A DNA stretch of 64,000 nt from Octopus sinensis (Eukaryota), in contig NC_042998.1 of the NCBI RefSeq assembly GCF_006345805.1, positions 79,360,001 through 79,424,000 on the forward strand, in the 5' to 3' direction. The notes beneath the pieces are model-generated. The model was not told where the DNA came from. It ran no database searches and worked only from the letters and a program-made list of their open reading frames with translations. Positions 52,558-64,000 of the stretch are shown piece by piece (within the stretch, counting starts at the first letter, position 1; the number at the start of each line of letters is the position of its first letter). Made by a program: the position numbers and the translations under genes.

Positions 52558-53839
52558 TGTGTGTATGTATGTATGTATGTACGATATAAGTATCAAAAGA
52601 AAAAAGCTTAACAAATAAAATTGTTTAACGCTTAAATGGAAGGAGAAAGGAAACTAATATTTCGGACTTTAATCCTTCATCAGAAGAATATAAAATAAAA
52701 ATGAGAAGCATAGGAGAGTAAGGAAGATAAAACGTCAGTAAAAGAAGAGGGGTGAAGGTTAAAAGCTAAGGAAGAATGCCGTTCTATTGGGATAATTAAG
52801 AGAAGAGGAAGGGACGACTGCGTAGAAGCGATTATATAACAGTACCTGTTGGCTCGTTGGAAGCATAGAGGGAAAGTAGTGTGTATGTGTGTGTGTGCGT
52901 GTAGTGATGTGGAAATATGGAAGTACAGTGGCGTTAGTTAGTGGACGTGTAAAGTGTGTGTGCGTGTGTGTATGTTTGTGTAATTGTTTGTTAGTTGGTA
53001 GTAAATCATATGTGAAGAAGTGGGAGCTTTTTTGAGTGTGAGAGAATAAACGCATCGGTGTGGTAGCAAGAGAAAGGTGGAAAATGTTATTGATAAGTGT
53101 TTAAGTGTATAACAAACATACATAGGAGTGTGGAAACTTTTTTTTTTAACAAAGAGGAAAGATTTCAGCATAAACGTATGAACCCTGGGAAAGGAAGAAA
53201 AGTCAAAGCATTAGTGATAAATACTCAACAGTGTTAAAAAGTCAGGAAGATTTTGTAGAATGTCGAGAGGATTTCAAGAAACTGGTAAAATCCACGAAGA
53301 AATAACTGTGATGAAAAGATGGAAACAGATGTGTGTGTAACACAAACGCACATAAAAAAAATAACAATGTATACATAAATATAACTGCACAAATAAATGC
53401 GAATTTCTGAGTGGGTGTCCGCATGGCTTCCTGACTTATAGACTTGGCCTCCTACTGATCTCTCTCCACCAACAGTACATATTTGACAACAGAGCAACCA
53501 CTCAGGTTGTTTCTATGCTTCTTTGGTTAACGGGCCTGCTGCACAGATTTGAGCCCTATAACACCTTTAGTACTTAGGACCAGGAAAACGCATATAGCAA
53601 GTATAGCAATGGAAAAAACATGAACAAGCTTTATATCGGTACGAGAATTATCGTTATTCTATTCAGAAATCGGGTGACAATGAGAATAATTAACATTTTT
53701 AAAACTCCATTAACTTTTATGTATGTCTCAGCAGTAGATCACTCTTCATGTTGGTTTTAGATAATATGCCTTTGATCAGCAATTTAGTTATTTATCAATT
53801 TTTTTCCCTCCAGATGAAATCCAAGCAACATAAAGTGAT

Positions 53840-54165
53840 AGTTTCCTCATATTGAGTTCATTTTCCAAGAAGAAAAATTTCCTCCCTTGGGTAGAGCCTG
53901 TCTATGTCACTATTTCGGAGGTTTCCAATTGATATTTGTATCGTGCGGGTTTTAACGTCTATGGTGTGGATTTCTTCTGAAGACCAGTCAATTAACCCAA
54001 ATATTGGTACTGCAAATGCATTGTAGGATATTGCCTTGTTGTAAGAGAGTTTCGACTGCCATATTTCTAAGTCTGGCACAATATTCTCGGGTCACTCCAT
54101 CTTTATTCACAAACCTATTTTCGTCATTGCTTAGGCACTTATAGCATTCTTTGTGTGGAACAGGA
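53840..54165 (-). mobile_element. R4/Dong-clade LINE fragment (post-RT region)
   Basis: ORF 53858-54079: IWQSKLSYNKAISYNAFAVPIFGLIDWSSEEI..DVKTR..RNSDIDRLY. Confidence 0.65.
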
Positions 54166-54327
54166 TATATGCATGCATGTATGTATGTATGTATGTATGT
54201 ATGTATGTATGTATGTATGTATGTATGTATGTATGTATGTATGAATGTATGTATGTATGTATGTATGCATGTATGTATGTATGTATGTATGTATGTATGT
54301 ATGTATGTATGTATGTATGTATGTATG

Positions 54328-54610
54328 TGAGGTCGTGAGTTCAATTCCCGGCAACATGTTGTGTCCTTGAGCAAGACACTTTATTTTCACTCTGCTCCAG
54401 TCCACTCATCTGGCAAAATTGAGTAGTACCTGTATTTCAAAGAGCCAGCCTTGTCACACTCTGTGCCACACTGAAGCTTCTTGAGAAATGAATTAAGGGT
54501 ACACGCATCTGCGAAATGCTCAACCACTTTCACGTTAATTTCACGAGCAGGCTGTTCCGTTGATCGTATCAGCTGGGACCCTCATCATCGTAACTTACGG
54601 AGTGCTCCTA
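54328..54610 (+). mobile_element. tRNA-derived SINE, family D, 5' part lost
   Basis: B box GAGTTCAATTCCC followed by TGTGTCCTTGAGCAAGACACTT, a CORE/V-like central word. Confidence 0.55.
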
Positions 54611-54638
54611 TATATATATGTATGTATGTATGTATGCG

Positions 54639-54666
<28 letters not shown>

Positions 54667-54674
<8 letters not shown>

Positions 54675-54776
54675 AATTTTTTGCGTAATGAGATAAAAAA
54701 CAAGGCTCTGTAGATATTAGAACATTTGTTCTAATATCTACACAGCCTTGGTTTTTACGCAAAAAATTCTTATATA
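54667..54776. repeat. 110-bp near-perfect hairpin in (TA)n
   Basis: TAAGAATTTTTTGCGTAA..CAAGGCTCTGTAGATATTAGAAC-ATTT-GTTCTAATATCTACACAGCCTTG..TTACGCAAAAAATTCTTA. Confidence 0.9.
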
Positions 54777-54944
54777 CTCACGCTAACATATGACCAACGT
54801 TGAACCCCTTATTCGCAAAATTACGGAACCTGGAACTTAACTATGGTCTGTCTATAGCACTTATTCAGCATTACCTGACACCATTGGGTATCAATGACAC
54901 CATTACATCTTATAACCTATATATATATATATATTCGCCATGAT

Positions 54945-55110
54945 AGATCGCTAGCCACTACACATTCTTTATTTTTTCTCCTTGTTTCTTTCTGTGTTCC
55001 TTTCTGTACAAGAGCATAGGCTCGAAACGTTGAAGACTTTTTCACTTCCCGAGCGTTATACTAATATATCTGTTTGTTGTCTACACCACCTGTCTTCGTC
55101 TTGCTTTTTT
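54945..55110 (+). mobile_element. Element with a degenerate hammerhead-like motif adjoining TA repeats
   Basis: CTTT CTGTACA A GAGC-atag-GCTC GAAAC GTT GAAG (55000-55035); the core CTGANGA is mutated. Confidence 0.45.
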
Positions 55111-55935
55111 GTGAATTCTCTCAATATATATGTGTGCATGCATGTACGTTTGTATGTATGCAGATTTGCATGAATGTATGTATGTATGCATATATGTATC
55201 TATACATGTGTGCATGTATATATGTATGGAGGTATGCATGTATGCATGTATGCATGTTTGTATGTATGCATGTTTGCATGTATGCATCTATGTACATACG
55301 AGTATGTATGTATGTATGTATGTATGTATGTATGTATGTATGTATGCGTTTGGATGTACGAACCTGAAAATCCTCAATCCGTGTTGCCGGATTTATTTAT
55401 TTATTCCTTTCAAGCTGATGATCAACAACATCGCTTCTCCGAATTTCTTATTTGCGCCTTCGTTTAGGTGAATACTCAAAAATGTTTGCTCATGCGTAAT
55501 TCGGTAAAAGGATGTTCTCCCATTTTTGTTTTTTTTGTTTTTTTTAATGTTTCATTAATTGTTGCCGTGTAAAACATCTGAGAAACAAAAGATAGTGAAA
55601 TATATAGGTATAAATGAGAATGAAAAAGAATATTACTTGAAGGAGTGGACGTTTGAATTCCCTAACTGTTATATCATTTGCAACACATGGGGTTTGTGAA
55701 TGATCCATCACTAGTCATTATTATTTTCTATATTTGGGGTGGTGGAGTTATATATATTTTGGCATTTTAATGACACGCAAAGATATGCACACACATGCAC
55801 ACACACACACACACATAAAGTTTATATGTATTTATGCGTGGGTAACTGTGTGTGTGTTTACATATCTATATGTTCATTCAGATATGTGTACGTGACAGGT
55901 AGTATTATACGCATGTATATGTGTCTGTGTACGTT

Positions 55936-55987
<52 letters not shown>

Positions 55988-56048
55988 CACACACACAGAG
56001 AAAGAGAGAGAGATTTATAGATATATGTATAGATATGTGTGTGTGTAT

Positions 56049-56079
<31 letters not shown>

Positions 56080-56085
56080 ATATAT

Positions 56086-56135
<50 letters not shown>

Positions 56136-57427
56136 CACGCCTACAAGCATACATACATGTTTATATATGGAGGTATGTGTGCGTATGTGTGTGTGTGTCT
56201 GTGTGAGAGGGAGTATGTGTGTGTGTCTTCTCACCAGCACCACCAGTGATAGATGTGAAATTCAGTTAACTTATTATAGATTCCGTTCTTGTTTTTGCTG
56301 TTGCTGCTGTCTTAGGTAATGATGCGATTATGCTAGCATCCCTCAGAGGATTATAAATTTTCATGTAATATTCAAACTCATCTATGTCTTTGCGATATGG
56401 GTTCTATAGTGAAACATGCACCCACAAGACCAATTAAAACCCATATTTCAAAGCCGAGGAAGTCTGTACCAAAACCAGAAACCTCTATGCGGTCGCTCGA
56501 TCTTTTAGACCTTGTTGCTTAATTTCTCTTAACCTACTAGGTTGAAAAGAGATCTAATCCTGATTTGGATAATGTTATTCCTGATACATTTAAAATTTAA
56601 AGGATGGTGAACAAAATAAGATGCTTTACTTCACAACCTTGTCATATATGCATACATGCATACATACATGCGTACGTACGTAGAAAGTTCATATTGTTGC
56701 TATAATGTTAAACTACCGTATGTCCAAATTTGGCCAAATGCGCTTATTCTTTTCAATATTTAATTTTGCTTGCAATAGCCGGTTCTCTTGGTCAAACTAC
56801 CGTATCTCCAGCTGCTTCAGATGCCAAGATATGAAAATTGCCAAAGTGTAGTACAACGGTTTAGTATTTTTTTCAAAAGCGTATTAAGCCCCATATACGA
56901 CAGTTTTGCAAAAATATTTCTGACTGGAAATATCATACATGCATGGAGTCACCCAACAAAGTATTATTGTTAATCTGAAACTGTTACTAACGTAAAAAGA
57001 AATGGAAGGGTGAAACTATTTTTTCCGTTTTCTGAAAAAGCAACGTTTTGGACTTACGATACTTTTGCATAATAGCAACGATATGATAGCGGCTGGAAAG
57101 TCTTTTATCATAGGCCAGCTTCGTCGAGCAGGCCTGAGGCCAAACAACAACTACAACATCAGCAATATATGATTCTTTTCTTATCAATGCATTTGTATTT
57201 ACAGCAAAAATCCCTTGCAGCAACATGTGCCATGGAATAATATATTGTCAATATCAAAATTATTAATCCGTATAATGTTTTGTATCTTGCATAATTTATG
57301 CCGTTCATTTATTGTTCTGATTAATAGCCTCGCAAGACCTTTTAAAGAAATTTCACAACCTATGCACAACCAGACCTGATATATGCGATCTCAATAGCGT
57401 TAGAGTTGACAATATTTTACTTATGAA

Positions 57428-58480
57428 AGGCGGCGAGCTGGCAAAAACGTTAGCACGCCGGGCGAAATGCGTAGCCGTATTCCGTCTGCCGTTACGTTCT
57501 GATTTCAAATTCCGCCGAGGTCGACTTTGCCTTTCATCCTTTCGGTCGATTAAATAAGTACCAGTTACGCACTGGGGTCGATATAATCGACTTAATCCGT
57601 TTGTCTGTCCTTTTTTTTTTTGTCCCTCTGTGTTTAGCCCCTTGTGGGTAGTAAAGAAATAGGTATTTCGTCTGTCTTTACGTTCTGAGTTAAAATTCCC
57701 GAGATCGTCTTTGCCTTTCATCCTTTTGATGCCGATAAAATAAGTATAAGTTGAGCACTGGGGTCGATATAATCGACTAGTGCCTCACTCGAAATTGTTC
57801 GCCCAGTGCCATAATTTGGCACCAATATTTCAGTTATGAAAGCAGCAAGCTGGCAGAATTGTTACCACACCGGGCGAAATGCTTAGCATTTCGTCCGTTT
57901 TACGTTGAGTGTTCAAATTCCGCCGAGATCGACTTTGCCGTTCATCCTTTTTGGGTCGATAAAATAAATACCCTTTGAGTGGCAGATCGAGAAATTAATT
58001 TTTTTTAACTAAACACTTTCAAACTTCGGACACTGGTAGAATGTGTCATATAAAACATCTTTCACTCTTAGTGTTGTTGAGAAAAGTTTATATTCTCAAA
58101 ATTATTTCGTGTTAAAGTTGTCGTATTTCGGTAATTTCAACCAATGAATGACGTGTATTCAGCTGAATAAAATTACTGCCGTTGTTTGTCAACAACAACT
58201 ATACACCGAAATTATTTATTTATGGTGCCTTTCATGTTTTTAATATTTCACAATTGTTAGGGATGCGAGTTGACAGAATCGTTAGCATGCCGGACATCGT
58301 TAGCATGCATAACGGCATTTCGTCTGTTTTTACATTCTCAGTTCAAATTCCGCCGAGGTCGACTTTGCCTTTCATCCTTTCGAGATCGATAAAATAAGCA
58401 CCAGTTAAGCACTGGGATCGAAGTAATCGACTTAGTCCACTCCCAGAAAATGCTGATCTTGTGCCAAAATTTGGAACCAA
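57428..58480 (+). mobile_element. Cluster of SINE family A copies (dimer 57428-57830; partial 57835-57975; copy 58255-58480)
   Basis: Family A head/body words repeated; junction AAATAGGTATTTCGTCTG at ~57660. Confidence 0.8.
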
Positions 58481-58839
58481 TATGTCACTAATTTTAAAGA
58501 ATGGGTAGAATAAAAAAGAAAATGCATCCTGGTATTTAACTACGCTCTGAATTCAAACTCCGAGATCTGCTTTGCTTGTCATCTTTTCTGGGAGTTGATA
58601 TCATAAGTATTAGTCAAGTACTGAAGTCGATTAAATCAACCATATCCTTTCCGCAAAACCCATGGATTATATCTAGGTTGAAATTAATAATTTACTATTA
58701 CCATGTGACCTGAATTCTTTCTCTTGGTGACTACTACTAGTTAACCGACCTGCTGCTGCATACTGTTGGTGATGTGATAGATAATGAGAGTATTTGCATT
58801 ACTTGTTATTGTTGATCTTGCGATGGCCATTTCTTTCCC

Positions 58840-59047
58840 TACGAGAGGTGTTGAAAGTTTCTGGCATTGGGTAAAAGAAAATACAGGGATATCAATTAGT
58901 TATTATTTTATTCAACATATTCCCCTCTCAAATTCACACACTTATTGCAGAAGCCATCCAGTTTTTTAAAACCCTTGGAAAGTCGGGCCTCTCATCAAGC
59001 CTTTCGCGTTACCCTTAAAGCCAGGAACTGTTCAGTACCTCTTCGTA
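58840..59047. mobile_element. Tc1/mariner-type MITE
   Basis: Imperfect TIRs TACGAGAGGTGTTGAAAGTTTCTGG / CCAGGAACTGTTCAGTACCTCTTCGTA with terminal TA. Confidence 0.55.
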
Positions 59048-59485
59048 CATGAGCTTTACACACTGAAATAAGCTTTCCCTCTGTCTAAAATTGCGTCAGT
59101 AAATGAGGAATCTTGTCAACCACAGCATGCTACAATACCGTGTTCTTGATCTGACACTCCTTTGTGTATTATTCTTAATTCCTTAAATTCAAAAAAAATA
59201 AATAAGTACATTCTATTTCTCACACAAGCAAAAATCTAATATCTTGCATAATAGTGGCGTTGTGAAACTTCTACCATAGTCACCACATTATTTAACTTGG
59301 AATTATTTATGGTATTAACCTCAACTAAATAGATGTCACCCACATTTCCAAATACCAATCATGTGTTTTTGTCCGAATTCTCCATTTATTCGAGTAATTG
59401 TATTTTGTGTCATATTTCATTCGCATTTATCTTATTTATGCCCGTCAAATATGGTGCCACAACTATGTTCTCTTCATTCAACTGC

Positions 59486-59545
<60 letters not shown>

Positions 59546-60639
59546 TGCTGCTGCTGCTGTTGTTGTTCTTTCTGTAATCGACAGTTGACTTCATTTTGTT
59601 GCTTCATAAGTAATTTCGACAATATTTACTCTGACCTTGTGCAAAATTCCGAGTGCAAAATCTCTTATTTCCTTGTTGAGTAGCTTTTTCAGCGTGGGAG
59701 GAAGTGAGCACGGAGCTGCAAGCTGACGAAATAGTGGGGAAAGGTTTATCCCGTTCTACGAAGTCAGTGCAAGCAGTATACATAATACATAGGCCATGAT
59801 AACATGTTATCAGAAATAGCATCGTTCGTGTTTGACACTCTTGCTGCTTTTATTTGTTATACTACTTGGCTCGAGAAGCAGGGTCACTTACATGCATATC
59901 TATTTGTATGTAAGCCTGTATGTATCTATGTGTCTGTGTAGAAAGTGGTAATGTATGTGTACTATTTAACGACCAGGATTAGAAACCATGTCTTGTAAAA
60001 ATAATGTCAAAACATATCCATTGAACACAAACTAATTTAGAAAATGGGCGAGGCTGTTCTTAATGATAAGAAATTTTTCCATACTGGCAAATTTAATGTG
60101 TTTTATTTGAGAAAATCTTGAACCGACGAAGCTCTAAAAAATATTATGTTGTGAGACTTAGAACCTTGTAAAAGTTTTAATGTTATAAATCCCACCAATG
60201 TATATAATGAACAACACTAAAACAATGAAAAAATAATTGCTCTTTGATTCTCAGTTTCAGTAATAAAATTACTTCCACATGAATGATATTGGCTGGGAAT
60301 GCGAGTCAGGCTCTAGGCATGAGTAGTATAAAGTGGTATTGTCCTCTTCTTCCGTGTCGTCTGTTTCGCTTGTGTCGTCTGCTCTATCGGTATAGAGGCC
60401 AATTAAACGGTAACCACTGTAAATATAACGCACATAAAATAATTTCGGCAGTAAAAGATGTTCTTGAAACCTTTAACAATTAAGTTTTACTTTTGCTATG
60501 AAATATCAATAAACTCGAAACAGATCTAAATATCGAAACAGTTCAGAGAAAGGAGTCAAAACAATATTGGTGGATCTTAAAAGTTAAACAGCCACCAAAT
60601 TAAAAACTCAACCGACCAGTTATTGTTGCATAAGACTAT

Positions 60640-60910
60640 GAGGGAAAATGTATTCTGTTGTCGTCATCAGATGCACTCTGGTCACCACTGTGGTCAGAAA
60701 AATACAGAGAAAAGAGAACACCTATGGACCACTGATAGAAAAAAGTTGCAAATCCAGTAATCCAAGATACACATTCAGTTTCATATCTATTATCACTGGA
60801 GCAACAGGATACATACCGAGCCAACTGAAGCAAAGCATGACTGAACTCCTTAATTCATACGCTGTCTATGATCACGATATCTACAAGCCCTTCGTAAGAT
60901 TTAAGCGATA
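60640..60910 (+). mobile_element. Possible R4-clade LINE C-terminal fragment
   Basis: RKIQRKENTYGPLI..FSFISIITGATGYIP resembles the RLE-domain end ('K...Y..L...PIIIGALG'). Confidence 0.45.
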
Positions 60911-61159
60911 GTGAACAAAAGTAGGTGTTTTCTTCACAATCTTGCTAGCAAGTAGGTGACCAGCCCAAATAAACTCTAAATTAAAATAACAAACAAACAT
61001 ACATACATACATACATACATACATACAATACATACATACATACATACATACATATGTATATATGTATCTTACATAATACGAAGCTAATTTTAGGTACAGG
61101 GCGGGGATAATGTGAATTAGGTGATAGCAAGCAGTGAAGATCATCGTTTAGATGCAAAT

Positions 61160-61360
61160 TAATATTGGTCTCAAATTTTGCACAAGGCCAGCAATTGTAG
61201 GTGAGGGTGCAGGTCGATTACATTGACTACAGTGCTCAAATGGTACTTATTTTATCGACCCCGAAAGAATCAAAGCTAAAGCCGACCTCGGCGGCATTTG
61301 AACTAAAAAAAGGTAAAGTCGGACAGCATGCCGCTAAACATTTCGCCCGGCGTGAATGTA
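61160..61360 (-). mobile_element. SINE family A, degenerate (further partial copies at 1416-1503, 62050-62175, 63915-64000)
   Basis: Reverse complement of family A body and tail B. Confidence 0.7.
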
Positions 61361-62700
61361 AATTGATATTAAAAGATAAACCGACCGTCACCATGGGTAT
61401 GAAAAATAATACATTATTTCTATGCAACTGTTAAATATATTATTTCATGGTTAGGATGTTAGGAGAGCGTAGTTTTAGTGTGAACAATACGTATAGTAAA
61501 ATATTAAGCGTAGGTACCATGCTAAGAATGGAAAACAACGCAATTTACCATCACACTGATCAGAAACTGCCGAAATACTTTTACTTCATCTCGTTTCAGG
61601 AAGTAAATTTTGCAGCAACTGCAATAAAATCTATTGTCTGTCAGTTCTTTGTGATATGAAGAAGTACAACCAAAGAACTTCATCTCCCATATCATTCTTG
61701 ACCGAAGACATATCTTCAGTCGTTTTGTCAGAAAAACCGTTCGTTCACCTGTAGCAGATACTGCAGAAATTATCTGTAAAATTTGGCAAACTGTATGCTT
61801 GCCATCAGCTATATTTTTTTTCACATGCTAAACAAAGTCAGCCAAACAATAAACAGATGTCATTGTCAGTGTTCAAGTGTTGTAGGCTAATGTATGAAAG
61901 AGTTAATGTCAATATCATCGGTGTATCTTTTCTTCGATAAAATTGGTTTCTGATGAGCTATTCTTGTTGTCGATCGCCTTTAAAAGTAATGTATCCTGGT
62001 TGAAATAACTTGTAACCCCGCTGACGAAAGCGTTGGCATATATAACATTTGGGGTTACGACTTTGCCTTTCATCATTTCGGATAAAATAAGTACCAGTTG
62101 AGCATTGGGGTCGATTTAGTCGATTTATCCCCACCCTTGAACTTACTGGCTTTGTACCAAAATTTGAGACCAATACTACATCTGTGGCTTCAAAATACAT
62201 AGGCATGTAATAATCTCAAGTTGTGAACGGAAATGTATCTTTCCCAATTTTCGTCTCAATTTTTCTAGAAGCCTTTCGCTACTGTGGTAATACGAGTTCT
62301 GAGACAAAATTATATCTCTTTGCTTTCTGCACAGTATCATCATACAGGATATAAAATGAATCTTCCTCTTATTTTTCAAAACTTGTTTAATAATTATAAT
62401 CATCCTTTGTTCATCTATTGACAGCATTTTAGCTGCATGATTAAATATTAGCTTTGATAAATTGTTTGTATATGAGTACAGGACGCATTTCGCCTTTGTT
62501 GAGGCTTTGCTTATCTCGGATAATTCAACAACATCAAGCCTTCCAATGCTGTGTATCCATTTAGTGTGACATACAGATGGCGATTTTTGTTTAATACTCT
62601 TTCAGTTGCGTATATCGAATTTTCGAACAGCCCAAAAACTTCCGCACTCACAAACATATACATACATGTGTGTGCATGTATGTGTGCGCATGTGTGTGTG

Positions 62701-62770
<70 letters not shown>

Positions 62771-63482
62771 GTGTGCGCGTGCGTGCGCGTGAGTGCATGT
62801 GCGTGTGTTGAGTTTGAGTGTAATGTTTGTTAATAGAAATAAATTCAGAATGGACCGAGCTAGGCGGTCGACGGTTATGATACTTGGTTCAAATTGTGTA
62901 CAGGAATTTTATGTCGATGGTAAATAAGTGTTATGAGAGCCCAGACCAACGAAAAACAAATTGAAATGTTCAAGGACAAAGTTAGTATCCTTTATCCATA
63001 AAGGCAAGGTAGCGACGAATGTTGACGTCAGTATATCAATTACAGACTTACTTGTGACTGCATCTCGTCATACACGCAAACTGAATGTAAAACAATAATA
63101 GTATTCTTTTTATGCCCATCATATATCCACCGTAAACATATATAGGTAGTGATGATAGCATATTTCCGCATAACTAATCGCTTAATTGCTATATTTAGTG
63201 GGTGGTCATTTTGCCAATAAACACAAACGCTAGCTATTTGATCTTCACTTTAGCCTTGATATTATTATTAGTTTATTCGCCAGAGTCCTTTCGTCACACA
63301 TTCTGTGACCGCTTCAAGGAATACCTATTCTTCACCATGTCTCCTCTTCTCTCTAGTCTTGTCTATTCCAACCAGATAAAAGAGAAGACACAGAGAAGAA
63401 TAGTCAAAGAAGAGGTCACATAATGTATTACGAAAGAACTCTGACAAATAAACAAATAATAATGATGATGATGATTATAACA

Positions 63483-63536
<54 letters not shown>

Positions 63537-63559
63537 TAATAATAAAGTATTGTGTATTG

Positions 63560-63849
63560 TTTGTAAAGAATAAAAAGTTTTGAATGGTACAACAATGCAC
63601 TATAATACAATACAAAAAATAGACTATATACCTGTTATAATTTAGTTATCCATAGTCCGATGATATTTCGGAATAAAATTCCTGTTTCCGCTATAGTCGG
63701 TTTTCCAACGGATTTTCTTTTTTCAGAAGGAATTTTATTCCGAAATATCATCGGACTATGGATAATTAAATTACAACAGGTATATAGTCCATTTTTTTTT
63801 GTATTATAGTACGTTGTTGTACCATTCGAAACTTTTTATTCTTTACAAA
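63560..63849. mobile_element. MITE-like fold-back (~122-bp arms, 44-bp spacer) within an (AAT)n array
   Basis: TTTGTAAAGAATAAAAAGTTTTGAATGGTACAACAA..GAATAAAATTCCT mirrored at 63728-63849. Confidence 0.85.
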
Positions 63850-63880
63850 TAATAATAGTAATAACAACAACAACAACAAC

Positions 63881-63916
<36 letters not shown>

Positions 63917-64000
63917 TTGCATTTTGGCACAAGGCCAGCAATTTCGAGGACAGCGGGGTAAGTCGATTACATCGACCCCAGGGCCCAACTGGTACTTAAT

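Overview
AT-rich, microsatellite-saturated, repeat-dominated eukaryotic DNA. The repeat families look like those of Octopus, which is recalled from memory and not database-verified. I cannot support any host protein-coding exon, and most ORFs in the track are microsatellite artefacts. All recognisable coding sequence belongs to decayed mobile elements: an RTE LINE 3' end, two Tx1-clade LINE copies, CR1-like fragments, R4/Dong-like fragments and a hAT transposase remnant. These sit among many tRNA-derived SINEs of at least four families and several fold-back/MITE-like elements. Main observations: (1) several unrelated small elements next to (TA)n carry minimal type-I hammerhead ribozymes. One canonical copy (3213-3291) lies in a ~531-nt partial tandem repeat, which is retrozyme or Penelope pseudo-LTR architecture, and a head-to-head pair lies at 26144-26523. 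(2) A Tx1-clade LINE abuts (GATA)n arrays in both copies. (3) Two SINE-LINE tail pairings are visible within the window: the dominant SINE with Tx1, and a second SINE with CR1. (4) The dominant SINE occurs as fixed-junction 184-bp multimers inside single TSDs. (5) A near-perfect 1.58-kb palindrome (9848-11426) looks like a template-switch inverted duplication or an assembly artefact.
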